This document shows, piece by piece, positions 34,349 to 43,360 of a DNA stretch of 64,000 nucleotides. The stretch covers positions 1 to 64,000 of the IMG/VR virus record IMGVR_UViG_3300036939_000039; one strand, 5' to 3'. A program made the position numbers and the translations under genes. The notes below the pieces were generated by a model that was not told the origin of the DNA, searched no databases, and saw nothing but the letters and a program-made list of their open reading frames with translations. The first letter of the stretch is position 1. Each line of letters starts with the position of its first letter. This DNA is from a virus.

Positions 34349-35323
34349 TTATACACTAACTTTGCTAGAAATAGGTAAAAGCAGTTGTTTCACTAACTTA
34401 GGAGGGACGCAATAACCCAAGCCTTGCCCAACGTGCCGACCCGGTAACTGGTAGCTATCAGGAAACGAGCATAAACGCGCGATCGCTCGGATAGGAAGTG
34501 ACCATATCCCTCTATCGTTAACTACATTTATGATTTCTTTCCTTGCCGCATTCTTCCCATCGGTAAAACTGCTCCGAGTAAGCGTCCAGCATGGCTCATT
34601 GTGTCGTCTTACGCAGGTATTGATTCCAGTACGCTGAATTAGTACACCTTTACTTAAATCGTAGCTAGAATCAAGCGATCGCACTAATGCAGCGCGCTGT
34701 TCTTTGGTTAACGTAGCGGAAGGGATTAACTCAATTCCCGCGATCGCTTCCTTCCACCCCACCTGACGCTTTGCTGGTAGAGGAAATTCCCACTTCCCTT
34801 GCTTTGACGCTAACAGAAATAAGCGCTCTCTATTTTGGGCAATTCCATAGTCAGCAGCGTCAAGAATTGCTGTTGAAATAGTGTAATTGGCTTTGTTAAG
34901 CGCTTTAACTATTATGTCTAGGCTTCTAGTTTGTTGATAGCCAGTCACTTGTTCTAAGAAAAAGTACGGCGCGTTACAACGGGCGATCGCCTTAGCGGTG
35001 TCTGCTGCCATCTGCGTATCGGCTAAAGTCTCTTGAATCACTCCGTTATTGCGAAACGCCGCCAAAGCACTAAAACTTGCACATACGGGCGATGCCTGCA
35101 AAATATCGCAACCTGGCAGCAAGTCTGCAACCTTCCCTACGGAATTCAAATAGAAATCCGCGTCAGGAAAATTTGCATTTGAGACTTCCTGACATGTTTG
35201 CGAATATACTTGATTTTCTATATCAAACTCAACAGAGGCAGCTACTTCTATACCTGCCATTCTCATCCCACATGATACTCCACCGATGCCCGAGAATAAT
35301 GTAATCCCAGTTAGTTGTGCCAT
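34349..35323 (-). CDS. DNA (cytosine-5) methyltransferase
   Basis: Motif I LFSGIGG, Cys motif SPVCASFS, motif VIII QNRERLF, C-terminal GYCVPP. AGGAG SD. Confidence 0.85.
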   Translation of the reverse strand: MAQLTGITLFSGIGGVSCGMRMAGIEVAASVEFDIENQVYSQTCQEVSNANFPDADFYLNSVGKVADLLPGCDILQASPVCASFSALAAFRNNGVIQETLADTQMAADTAKAIARCNAPYFFLEQVTGYQQTRSLDIIVKALNKANYTISTAILDAADYGIAQNRERLFLLASKQGKWEFPLPAKRQVGWKEAIAGIELIPSATLTKEQRAALVRSLDSSYDLSKGVLIQRTGINTCVRRHNEPCWTLTRSSFTDGKNAARKEIINVVNDRGIWSLPIRAIARLCSFPDSYQLPGRHVGQGLGYCVPPKLVKQLLLPISSKVSV

Positions 35324-35339
35324 TTTAACTCCTGCTATT

Positions 35340-35353
35340 GTCTAATATTGGAC
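35340..35353. repeat. palindrome variant GTCTAATATTGGAC (1 mismatch)
   Basis: Lies between the helicase stop (35361) and the methyltransferase ATG, 16 nt away with AGGAG in between. Confidence 0.9.
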
Positions 35354-35360
35354 AAATTAA

Positions 35361-36785
35361 CTAACTAAAAACCCCTGGTAGCGTTAACTGGATATTGCCC
35401 TTAGGCAGTTTTGCTGCAACATGTTTCTTTTTTTCCTTCCACGCGGCATTGACCACACCCGACCTAAGCGCTTCTGGCAATGCTGCGTCTGCGACCCAAT
35501 GATCTGGAGGGTAATAGCTATACTGAGCAAAAAACTCTTCTATGCACCCATCCAAGCCATGTTTAAAATCACGCAGCAACATTGAGTGGAATGCCGCGAT
35601 CGCCCGTGCTTCACTGTCATTGCGGACTAGGCGTTCCAACTCACCAGGGAACTCATATTTAGTCCCTTCAATAGTAAAAGGTTCTTCACAGTTTTTACAG
35701 GTTTTACGACTAAGATGATTTGATGCAAAGCAATACTCACATTCTTTTTCAGGAAAATCACCCTCGCCGTTTGGCTCTACTAAATCGAAGTCTTCTCTAG
35801 TAATTATTGTCTCCTCAAACCTTCCAAACTTTTTGACTACGCCAACACAATCAATTACTTTAAAGTGCGTTTTACCGGGTGCGATTCTTGCGCCGCGTCC
35901 AATCCTCTGCATCACTCCTGACTTGCTCTCACTGCGATTTGCAAGTATCACGCAAGTCGCATCAGGAATGTCGCACCCCTCCGCTAATTTATTGCACGAA
36001 ACTAAAACTCGAATAGTTCCTGACCGAAATTCGTCAAAAATTGAATCAACCGTCTTTGCAGACGTTTTAGAAGTTACACTAGCTGCGGAAATACCTTGAT
36101 CTAAAAAGTAAGCTGCGACAGCATTGCTAGCTGCGATTGATCCTGTGAAGATAAAGGTCTTTTCTCCGGGGCTAATAGTATCCCACTTTTCAAAAATAAA
36201 CTCAGGGGAAGCGTCTAGCTTCCCCTTTCGCTTAGGACGGAAATAGACAGGGGCTGCAAGATAACCGCGCTCAATCAAATCGTTAGATGGTGGCGCAAAT
36301 ACAGGACTGTGAAAAATATCTAAAAGCGATCGCTTTCCTCCTAGCTGCCAGGGAGTCGCAGTGACTCCTATTTTGCGCTTAGCGTGCCTTAGAGGCTCCT
36401 CTAGGCTTTTAGCGAATGCCGTTATGTGGCATTCGTCAACACAGTATAAAGTGACACGATTAACCAGCCAATCAAGCGATCGCGTCTTTGATCCGAGTGA
36501 CTGGTAAGAAACAATCTGAACTTGCGCTGATCTGTTTTCCTGCTCTCCACCTAAAATATACCCACACGTTAATCCCCACTTTTTCAACGTAACTTCTGTC
36601 TGCCTCGCGAGGTTGTCGCGGGGGACGATAAACGCAACATACCCTCCTCTCATCACTTCCCGCCATGACAGTGCAGCTGCCATCATAGTCTTACCGCTTC
36701 CGGTGCCCGAAACAAGACAAGCGCTATCTAATTGATCCAGAATGTTGACACACTCTAGTTGGAAGTCTCTTAAATTAATCATCAT
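35361..36785 (-). CDS. superfamily 2 DEAD/DEAH-box helicase with C-terminal zinc ribbon
   Basis: GTGSGKT (Walker A), DECH, TATP, QRIGRGAR, and CEYC...CKNC. Confidence 0.85.
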   Translation of the reverse strand: MMINLRDFQLECVNILDQLDSACLVSGTGSGKTMMAAALSWREVMRGGYVAFIVPRDNLARQTEVTLKKWGLTCGYILGGEQENRSAQVQIVSYQSLGSKTRSLDWLVNRVTLYCVDECHITAFAKSLEEPLRHAKRKIGVTATPWQLGGKRSLLDIFHSPVFAPPSNDLIERGYLAAPVYFRPKRKGKLDASPEFIFEKWDTISPGEKTFIFTGSIAASNAVAAYFLDQGISAASVTSKTSAKTVDSIFDEFRSGTIRVLVSCNKLAEGCDIPDATCVILANRSESKSGVMQRIGRGARIAPGKTHFKVIDCVGVVKKFGRFEETIITREDFDLVEPNGEGDFPEKECEYCFASNHLSRKTCKNCEEPFTIEGTKYEFPGELERLVRNDSEARAIAAFHSMLLRDFKHGLDGCIEEFFAQYSYYPPDHWVADAALPEALRSGVVNAAWKEKKKHVAAKLPKGNIQLTLPGVFS

Positions 36786-36803
36786 TGTGCTTCTTGAAAT
36801 GAA

Positions 36804-37193
36804 TCAATACCTGATATTCAATGCAGCAGGATTTATCAATGCGATCGCCATAATCTCGGTTAACATTCTGTTAATTGCAACAGATATATTGCTATTAATA
36901 GAATCTGCGAAATTCTCCAAACATTCACAATCTTTTGGGTCAAGATACACTTGCAATTTCTTGACCGATTTAGCAGATGAAAAATCAATTCCATGCTTTT
37001 CAATATGCTCCTTTGCCTGCAAAATTACCTCCGGTTTTTGTTTTTGAATCAAGCGATACTGTGCAATAAGCCTAGCTACTACACTAGATTCACTTCTAGC
37101 ATCCCCTTTCAAGCTCTCTATTAGCTTCGCTGCCTGCGGACGGAGATAAAGGGCATATTTATATTTATTTCCGTCTCTGATTTTAAGACCCAC
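36804..37193 (-). CDS. hypothetical protein with two ribbon-helix-helix-like segments
   Basis: KYALYLRPQAAKLIESL and KLQVYLDPKDCECLENFA each look like a beta-strand plus helix of an RHH fold. GTG start. Confidence 0.35.
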   Translation of the reverse strand: MGLKIRDGNKYKYALYLRPQAAKLIESLKGDARSESSVVARLIAQYRLIQKQKPEVILQAKEHIEKHGIDFSSAKSVKKLQVYLDPKDCECLENFADSINSNISVAINRMLTEIMAIALINPAALNIRY

Positions 37194-37219
37194 GATTAGC
37201 TAGCCTAGCAACTATCTTC

Positions 37220-37732
37220 CTATTCTAGGTGTCTAACACCTCCTGCGTCTACGGGGGAATCAGTCTTATATTGGACTGCTCGGTAACTAATACCAGCTAC
37301 AACAGTACCTACTACTAGGCCTGTTACCAGGCATGAATAAGCGATCGCCCTAACAGGTAATTTGTTTAAAACTGTCCCAGCTGCGTGGCGTTCATAGTGC
37401 CAATTCACGATTGGCATTTCCCAGATCCAAAAATCAAACCACTCCCCATGTCTTCGCCTAGAAACAAATAGTTCATGTAACTCAGCTTCTGTTTTCCTAG
37501 AATCTTTCACCTGAATATAACGAACTCCTATTATCGGACAGGGAGCTTGTTCACTATTTAATTCTTTCAGTCTGCGTTCTGGGTTGTTACTCAACCCAAT
37601 CTTTCTGCGTTTCAAAACGAACGAAAAAATGCCGTGAAAACCTTTCGCCTCAACAAGATAGACAAATTGCCCATCCTTGTCATCGCGACTCATATATTCG
37701 GGTATATGCTCATACTCTGGCGGCGTAGTCAT
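37220..37732 (-). CDS. T5orf172 (GIY-YIG-related) domain protein with C-terminal TM segment
   Basis: VYLVEA...RKIGLSNNPERRLKELNS...AELHELF...HGEWFDF fits the T5orf172 pattern. Confidence 0.55.
   Translation of the reverse strand: MTTPPEYEHIPEYMSRDDKDGQFVYLVEAKGFHGIFSFVLKRRKIGLSNNPERRLKELNSEQAPCPIIGVRYIQVKDSRKTEAELHELFVSRRRHGEWFDFWIWEMPIVNWHYERHAAGTVLNKLPVRAIAYSCLVTGLVVGTVVAGISYRAVQYKTDSPVDAGGVRHLE
37263..37276. repeat. degenerate palindrome GTCTTATATTGGAC (2 mismatches)
   Basis: Lies inside the 3' end of 37220..37732, 22 nt from a GGTGTTAGAC motif (37233-37240, minus sense) that faces gene 36804..37193. Confidence 0.7.
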
Positions 37733-37740
37733 GTTTTTTA

Positions 37741-39435
37741 TTACTCCTCATTATTTTCCAACTCAGTGGATTCGACCTTAAGAATGTCAAGGATTCGCTT
37801 AACGCGCTGCCCAAGGGATTCACACATCAACGAATCGTAAGAGCTAGATGCACGCCCCTCTCGCACACCGTAAACGTGCCAAAGTAACCCCTCTCTGGTA
37901 GTTACATTTGGCTGATCTCCGTCCGTAGCAAGTGCCCTCCAGAAAAAGAACCATTTGCAGGTTACCAGCTCCAATTCGGTTATTTGCTGTGTTCTTGGTT
38001 TTGGTAAAATCGACGGCTTAAATGCCATCATCTCAGCCACTTGCTGTTGATAGTTCAGTTGCTGGGCAACACCTCTTCTGATTTCCGGTTCTATATCCTT
38101 AAATGTTTCGCCGACCCTCATTTGCTCAATTTCAGGTACTTGCTGAGTGTAAAACTGATCCATGCGATGCAAGTCAACATTAGGCGATCGCCCATTAATT
38201 CTTGTATGAACACTTACCATTGTTAGCCGCCATGCCCGTGCATAGCCATTCGGTTCCAGGACAGGTATTTCTTTTAGTCCAAACTTGTCAATCATCCATA
38301 TCAGTAAACCTTTAAGTGCCGATTCGGTTTTCTTGCCGACAACCCACGGCATAAAGTTAAGTACAAATCGCCCATCAGGAAGAATATCAGAGTTGCAGTA
38401 ATCGCAGGGAATTCCCTGCTCTTTTAACCACAGCAGAACCTTATCCGAGCGATCGCCCCACTCCGTGCCGTCTTGTCCAGACAACTTAATATCCCTGCTT
38501 TCTGCTATTTGCTCACGCAGCATTTGAATTGTTGCCTTTAATGCCTCGATCTCTCGAATTTTTTCATCCATCTCTTGGCAGTGAGGCACTAGCCAATTCT
38601 CATAATTTTGTTCAGCCTCCTTTCTTAAGCTTGCTTTTATTTGCTCTAGCTCCACAATTAACTGATCTCTGCTTTCAACAAATTGTGCAGCCAAAGCCTC
38701 CTCTGCCTCTTCTAATTCTTTTGCATCCGCTGCACGCTTAACTTCTCTTTCTTTCTCCCAGGCATCCCGAAGTTTTTTGACTTCGCTCTCGATCTCTTTT
38801 ATTTTGGTCGATCTTATCTCTTCTAACTCCTCTTCTAGAAGGTCTAACTCTTCTTTTAATTCGTCTTTTAGTTGCTCTGATTCAATTGCAATTTGTTGTA
38901 GCTTCAAGGCGCGATCGCCCTCAAGTTGCTCAATCTGCTGGCGCAATACTTCTGATTCTTTGTTTAGCTTAGATACCTCAAGTTCCCGCGTCTGTCTCAA
39001 CTCATCCCTGAATATGTTTTCTTCGCGCTCTAACTCGCGCAGAAACTTATCTTGCTCACGCGCTAATTCTGCCTTTAATTCTTCTCTTGCTAGACTTAAC
39101 TCTCCCTCAATAATTCGTTTTTTTGAAGCAATTTCTGCCTCTGTTGCCGCTAATGAAACTAGACTTGCGTCCAGTTCTTTATATTTTGCCTCTAGTAAAA
39201 TCTCCTTTTGATTCAACTCAGCTTCTCTGTCTAGCTTCCTTAAAGCATCCCTATGCCGCGATTCCTTGATGTCAATCGCCTGTAATGCACAAAGCCCGCT
39301 CCCTGACAATCCTACGATTAACTTAGTTGCATTCGGCAAAGGGCTTAACAATACCCCTATGCCAGCAACAGCGAACACGAGTGCCATTAATCGTTCACGC
39401 TCTTTACCTTTGGTTCTTTCTTCTTTTTTTGTCAT
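37741..39435 (-). CDS. membrane-anchored long coiled-coil protein with conserved C-terminal domain
   Basis: N-terminal TM, about 250 aa of E/K/L-rich heptads. The C-terminal 70 aa are paralogous to the C-terminus of 41555..42409. Confidence 0.5.
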   Translation of the reverse strand: MTKKEERTKGKERERLMALVFAVAGIGVLLSPLPNATKLIVGLSGSGLCALQAIDIKESRHRDALRKLDREAELNQKEILLEAKYKELDASLVSLAATEAEIASKKRIIEGELSLAREELKAELAREQDKFLRELEREENIFRDELRQTRELEVSKLNKESEVLRQQIEQLEGDRALKLQQIAIESEQLKDELKEELDLLEEELEEIRSTKIKEIESEVKKLRDAWEKEREVKRAADAKELEEAEEALAAQFVESRDQLIVELEQIKASLRKEAEQNYENWLVPHCQEMDEKIREIEALKATIQMLREQIAESRDIKLSGQDGTEWGDRSDKVLLWLKEQGIPCDYCNSDILPDGRFVLNFMPWVVGKKTESALKGLLIWMIDKFGLKEIPVLEPNGYARAWRLTMVSVHTRINGRSPNVDLHRMDQFYTQQVPEIEQMRVGETFKDIEPEIRRGVAQQLNYQQQVAEMMAFKPSILPKPRTQQITELELVTCKWFFFWRALATDGDQPNVTTREGLLWHVYGVREGRASSSYDSLMCESLGQRVKRILDILKVESTELENNEE

Positions 39436-39487
39436 TTCCCATCTCTCTTAGTTGTGATGGCTAGGTCGCCAATAACAACCTAGCCTT

Positions 39488-39501
39488 GTCTAATATTAGA
39501 C
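39488..39501. repeat. 14-bp palindrome (exact)
   Basis: Abuts the stop of the small ORF 39502..39660. Confidence 0.97.
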
Positions 39502-39660
39502 TTATAGTTCAACCACCCTGAAGACTAAAGTCACAGCGATCGCGCTTAGAATAACTCCTGCTACCAGGGAAGGCATGACCAGCTGTAGCAATGAATGCAG
39601 GGTCAATGCAATGAGTAGCCCACTAAGTAACAAGAACACTGTGTAGATGTCACACTTCAT
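39502..39660 (-). CDS. small two-TM membrane protein (52 aa, not in the ORF track)
   Basis: Sequence MKCDIYTVFLLLSGLLIALTLHSLLQLVMPSLVAGVILSAIAVTLVFRVVEL. Its ATG overlaps the TGA of 39657..40475 (ATGA). Confidence 0.45.
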   Translation of the reverse strand: MKCDIYTVFLLLSGLLIALTLHSLLQLVMPSLVAGVILSAIAVTLVFRVVEL

Positions 39661-40475
39661 TGATTTCTCTCCTTTGCTTTAACTTTTGCCATTATGCGAT
39701 CGGCTGCCGTCAACTGATTTGCCGTCTTGTATGTTTGCACATCTAAGCGGGATTGCGCACCCTTGCGAATAACAGCACGAATTCTTGCGTCAATGTCATT
39801 GATCTGAGACTTGTGATTGATGCGGTCTGCCTTATCCTCCTGATCTAATCGGTTCCAGTCACTCCGATATCGAATATCCTGAGTACGGGTGATATTAGAC
39901 TGTTGTCGCTTGTCGCCTTGGTAAGCTGCCTCATCACGAGCATCGGCAACTTTCTCGCTCTCTGTTTGTAGCTCAAAAGCGGCTTTTAGCCCAGACAATG
40001 CTGTTAAAGCTTTTTCCTTTTGAACCTGGATACCCTTGCGCTCAACGAGGGTCTTTTCAATTTCGACTCCCATCGCGTTCATCACACGAGATAGCTGATG
40101 CTTGATTGCATCTGCCTCTACTGCATCAAGCGCTCCATACTTAGTCTGCAATTGATCGACGGTTAAATCACCGCTCATCAATCCCATCATTTCCTGTTCG
40201 ACCAACTCAACGCGATCGCTTGTGACCGCCGTGAATTTTGCAACCAAACCGGATGCTTGTTCTAACAACTTAAAGGCATCTTGCTTTTGAGGGTGCTGTT
40301 CATCCATTAACTCGGCAGATATAGGCTGAGCTTGCCGTGGGACAACGCTTAAGCCTCCTGCAACTTCATTAGATACATTCAATGATTGTGCTGCACTTGC
40401 CTCGGTTGTCGGGGCACTGGAATCTGAGGAATCAAGCTTGTGTATTTTTTGAAACGCTGCTTTTGCTCTTGGCAT
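39657..40475 (-). CDS. hypothetical protein
   Basis: 272-aa ORF with no motif recognised. Confidence 0.5.
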   Translation of the reverse strand: MPRAKAAFQKIHKLDSSDSSAPTTEASAAQSLNVSNEVAGGLSVVPRQAQPISAELMDEQHPQKQDAFKLLEQASGLVAKFTAVTSDRVELVEQEMMGLMSGDLTVDQLQTKYGALDAVEADAIKHQLSRVMNAMGVEIEKTLVERKGIQVQKEKALTALSGLKAAFELQTESEKVADARDEAAYQGDKRQQSNITRTQDIRYRSDWNRLDQEDKADRINHKSQINDIDARIRAVIRKGAQSRLDVQTYKTANQLTAADRIMAKVKAKERNQ

Positions 40476-40477
40476 AC

Positions 40478-40514
40478 TGGTATTAGATTGGTATTAGATG
40501 GTGAACTAATACCA
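40478..40514. promoter_or_regulatory. three TCTAATACCA-type half-sites (two direct, one inverted)
   Basis: TGGTATTAGAT at 40478 and 40489, CTAATACCA at 40506. Lies immediately upstream of the ATG at 40475 (minus strand). Confidence 0.5.
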
Positions 40515-40594
40515 TGATAGCCCTCTCAGCACGTTGTATGCACCCCTTTTTCATAAGACTTAGTAATTGATTGGCTGTAACCGGGGCGATCGCG

Positions 40595-40912
40595 CTAATC
40601 AATTAATCGCTGTATTTCCTTGAAATAATCTATTCCGCAGTAAGTCAGTATGCCCGATAAGCGAACATGCACCTGATCCGCATACACGTCTACTTTTTGG
40701 ACTTCAGACGGCTCTACCTTGCGTCCCTCAATAACCGAGAAGACTTTTGCTACTACTACCTTTATACTCGTGACTGTTTTTGAAACAAATCTAGCACCCA
40801 ACCCACGAACAACTACAAGCCAGCAATTCGCCCATTCTTCGGCGCTCTTGATTTGCGCTGGGTTAATTTTCAGATGCTTGGCTAAACGTCTAATTTTTAC
40901 TGAGTAACTCAT
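40595..40912 (-). CDS. hypothetical protein (N-terminus paralogous to 51920..52417)
   Basis: Shared block: EEWANCWLVVVRGLGARFVS vs QRWSNVWFVVIAGKGARFVS. Confidence 0.5.
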   Translation of the reverse strand: MSYSVKIRRLAKHLKINPAQIKSAEEWANCWLVVVRGLGARFVSKTVTSIKVVVAKVFSVIEGRKVEPSEVQKVDVYADQVHVRLSGILTYCGIDYFKEIQRLID

Positions 40913-40942
40913 CTCATTCAGTTGTACGCAACCTCATATACT

Positions 40943-40969
40943 ATATCTAACACCTTAGCTAATTGTCAA
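40943..40969 (-). promoter_or_regulatory. promoter with GGTGTTAGATA motif
   Basis: Minus-strand reading is TTGACA (40969-40964), 14 nt, then TAGATA preceded by TGT (extended -10-like). Confidence 0.45.
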
Positions 40970-40973
40970 GCCT

Positions 40974-40987
40974 GTCTAATATTAGAC
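40974..40987. repeat. 14-bp palindrome (exact)
   Basis: Sits between the terminator 40991-41021 and the -35 box, 4 nt from the latter. Confidence 0.97.
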
Positions 40988-40990
40988 ACC

Positions 40991-41021
40991 AAAAAACAGC
41001 CCCAACTATCTTGAGGGCTGT
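40991..41021 (-). terminator. Rho-independent terminator
   Basis: acagccc/gggctgt stem. The A6 run on the plus strand reads as a U-tract on the minus strand. Confidence 0.65.
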
Positions 41022-41063
41022 CAACACCAGGTAAATGCAGTTTAGCTAAAATTGTTTTTTTGA

Positions 41064-41429
41064 TTAGTCAACGCAAGAAACGTTCAACGAAGCCGCGATC
41101 GCCTGAACTATAGCACCGTTATCACTTCGAGCCGATTTGGTCAACGTTCCTTTGTCTAACATTGACTGGATTCCCTGCCAATCAAGTGAATTTTCCAGGA
41201 TTCTTGCAAGCTTAGCAGCATCGGTTAAACCTTGCGCTACTTCACAGACTAAATAGCCAGTTGGAATATGCGATATGCGCCAATACTCAAAAGTGTCTTT
41301 ATGTCCACATCTATTATTGCCACTAATTAAAAGCGGGGTGCGGTGAATTGCTAAATATCCAGTCCTATAACAGCGCACAATTACCCGCTCATTGTTTGCA
41401 TACCGTAAGCTAATTGTCCCTAGTGCCAT
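41064..41429 (-). CDS. hypothetical protein
   Basis: 121-aa ORF. Confidence 0.5.
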   Translation of the reverse strand: MALGTISLRYANNERVIVRCYRTGYLAIHRTPLLISGNNRCGHKDTFEYWRISHIPTGYLVCEVAQGLTDAAKLARILENSLDWQGIQSMLDKGTLTKSARSDNGAIVQAIAASLNVSCVD

Positions 41430-41502
41430 AAAACAAAAATCTCGCTTTTGTACTCAACTTTCTTAAGTATATCTGACACCCTGATAAGCTGTCAATCCCT
41501 GG

Positions 41503-41516
41503 GTCTAATATTAGAC
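41503..41516. repeat. 14-bp palindrome (exact)
   Basis: In minus sense it is followed by TTGACA (7 nt away) and GGGTGTCAGATA. Confidence 0.97.
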
Positions 41517-41554
41517 AATTGTCCACAAGCGTAGATAGCACCCTAATTATTTTG

Positions 41555-42409
41555 TCAATCTTTTCTCGTAGACTGCGCGATCGCAGAAATTAAACGCTTG
41601 ACTCTTGTCCCCAGGTTTTCCGCGATCGCGGGTCGGTAAACCGACGATGCGCGCCCTTCCTCGACTCCGTATAAATGCCGAAGTAACAATTTCCTCGTTT
41701 TAATATTTGCTTCGCCTGTTGCAGCTTCACGCCAATAATAAAACCATGCACAAGAAAGCAATTCCGGTGGAGTAAGTTGACGAGACTGAGGTATTGGCAA
41801 AGGGACAGGAGGTCTAAAATTCAGCATATCTATCTGTTTAGAAGGAAGCAACTGAGAATCTTCCACAGCAATATTTGATGTAATCCCCGTGGAATACTTG
41901 ATCGCCAAGGAACCAGGATGCCGCTGTAATTGCACGGCTTGTGAATAAATGCTTGCCAGTTGTGCATCTAAATCTGTAGAGCCATCAACGGAATGCTTTA
42001 GCAAGCGCCGCGCAAATAGCCTTAATTCCTCAGACAATTCATGATCGCCAGATTCTTTTCTCATTCTCGATTCTTCACTTAATCGCTCAGCTAGCGATAA
42101 TGTTCGAGCAGAAATGCCTTTAACTTCGTTACCTTGGTTCGTGGCATGAATGTTAACGATGTGTTGACATAACTGAATCATCTCGGCAATTAATTTTCGA
42201 GTTCTCTCTTGCTGTTGAGCTAACTCGTTTTGGTGCAGGCAAATAGCATCTAGGCGCTCAAGGATTACGTCCAGCTTTTGCTCGGAATTCATGATGTTAA
42301 TCGGTGATGGTACTGTGCTGTAACTCATTCTAACACCCATCAACAAAGAGAGAAGAGTAGCACATACTACAAAAGGAAGCAAATAGCAGGCTTCATTCCG
42401 GTCAAACAA
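41555..42409 (-). CDS. hypothetical protein with conserved C-terminal domain (start uncertain)
   Basis: The C-terminal LSCAWFYYWREA...LYGVEEGRASSVY...LGTRVKRL is paralogous to 37741..39435. A GGGTGTTAGAAT motif at 42327-42338 suggests the true start is the ATG at 42292. Confidence 0.5.
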   Translation of the reverse strand: MFDRNEACYLLPFVVCATLLSLLMGVRMSYSTVPSPINIMNSEQKLDVILERLDAICLHQNELAQQQERTRKLIAEMIQLCQHIVNIHATNQGNEVKGISARTLSLAERLSEESRMRKESGDHELSEELRLFARRLLKHSVDGSTDLDAQLASIYSQAVQLQRHPGSLAIKYSTGITSNIAVEDSQLLPSKQIDMLNFRPPVPLPIPQSRQLTPPELLSCAWFYYWREAATGEANIKTRKLLLRHLYGVEEGRASSVYRPAIAENLGTRVKRLISAIAQSTRKD

Positions 42410-42635
42410 ATGACGCCTGAAACCCTTACTGGAAGGGGGAAGTCGAAAGGATTTGAAAACCTTAATTTTGCGTCGGAAGTCCTGAAATCCTCTTCCCGTA
42501 AAGGCTGTAGCAATGGAAAATTACTCAAAATTGTAACAATTCTTTACAAAGCTAACCGATCAAAATCTTCCCTGCCATTAATGCCGCATTTTATGTCTTC
42601 CTGGCGCACTTTACGTGACTTACTCTGACGTGCGT

Positions 42636-42722
42636 GAAACCCGCATGGTTGCAGGATTTCGCATTTTGACGATATCTCATCACAAAACGCTAAAACCCGC
42701 ATGGTTAAAGCATTTCGCTTTT
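42636..42722. repeat. two direct repeats of about 31 bp (AAACCCGCATGGTT..ATTTCGC.TTT)
   Basis: Copies at 42636-42667 and 42692-42722, in a 450-nt stretch without a convincing ORF. Confidence 0.8.
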
Positions 42723-42860
42723 CATGTCGGGTTCATTTCGCGAAATCAGTGACTTGCTCACCACAAGATACACTGATTTATGTCAATAAGATCCTTCCAG
42801 CGATCGCCTAACTTCCGCGATACTTCCTTGAATTCTGTAGTACGGCTTGAAGTATGAGTG

Positions 42861-43328
42861 TTAGTTGCGGCTATGCTCCGGGCAGTCACAACACGGTAAA
42901 TTCGGGTTGACAGCGCACTTTAAATATGCATTGCCCGAAAAAAACCTACAGTCAGTCTTCACATGGCTCCACAATATGCCTTGGCGCGATCGCAATAGCC
43001 CTATAATCTGCACTTCCGTTAATTCTTCACGCCAAAACAAATCAAGTTCCTCACTGGTCAGGTATTGCCTCCACTCAAGACCAAACCGTAGGGCAAGCTC
43101 AGTTGATTGCAGTTGATGCCGCTGTATTGTCTCTAGCCTTTTGCGAATCCTGTACAATTCAATGCAGTTGTCAACCAAATAAGACGTCAATATGCAGCTA
43201 GTAAGAGAAAAGACAAATAATTGCCAGGGTGCTTTTACTTGATCTGTACCAAGAGCAAAACACAACTGGAGTAAAGTGATAGCGATCGCTGTGTACTCTT
43301 CCTTAAATAATCTTGCTACTTTTTTCAT
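42861..43328 (-). CDS. putative membrane protein
   Basis: 155 aa with two hydrophobic helices. GGAG SD. Confidence 0.5.
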   Translation of the reverse strand: MKKVARLFKEEYTAIAITLLQLCFALGTDQVKAPWQLFVFSLTSCILTSYLVDNCIELYRIRKRLETIQRHQLQSTELALRFGLEWRQYLTSEELDLFWREELTEVQIIGLLRSRQGILWSHVKTDCRFFSGNAYLKCAVNPNLPCCDCPEHSRN

Positions 43329-43341
43329 CGTTTGTTCTCCA

Positions 43342-43355
43342 GTCTAATATTAGAC
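43342..43355. repeat. 14-bp palindrome (exact)
   Basis: Lies 5 nt after the stop at 43361 and 13 nt upstream of the ATG at 43328, with GGAG in between. Confidence 0.97.
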
Positions 43356-43360
43356 AATAT

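Noticed and set aside
42410-42628. 72-aa plus-strand ORF in the repeat-containing gap. The same applies to 36742..37047, 37634..37840 and 48687..48905.
   Set aside because: They have no ribosome-binding context and odd composition, and they overlap better-supported opposite-strand genes or repeat DNA.
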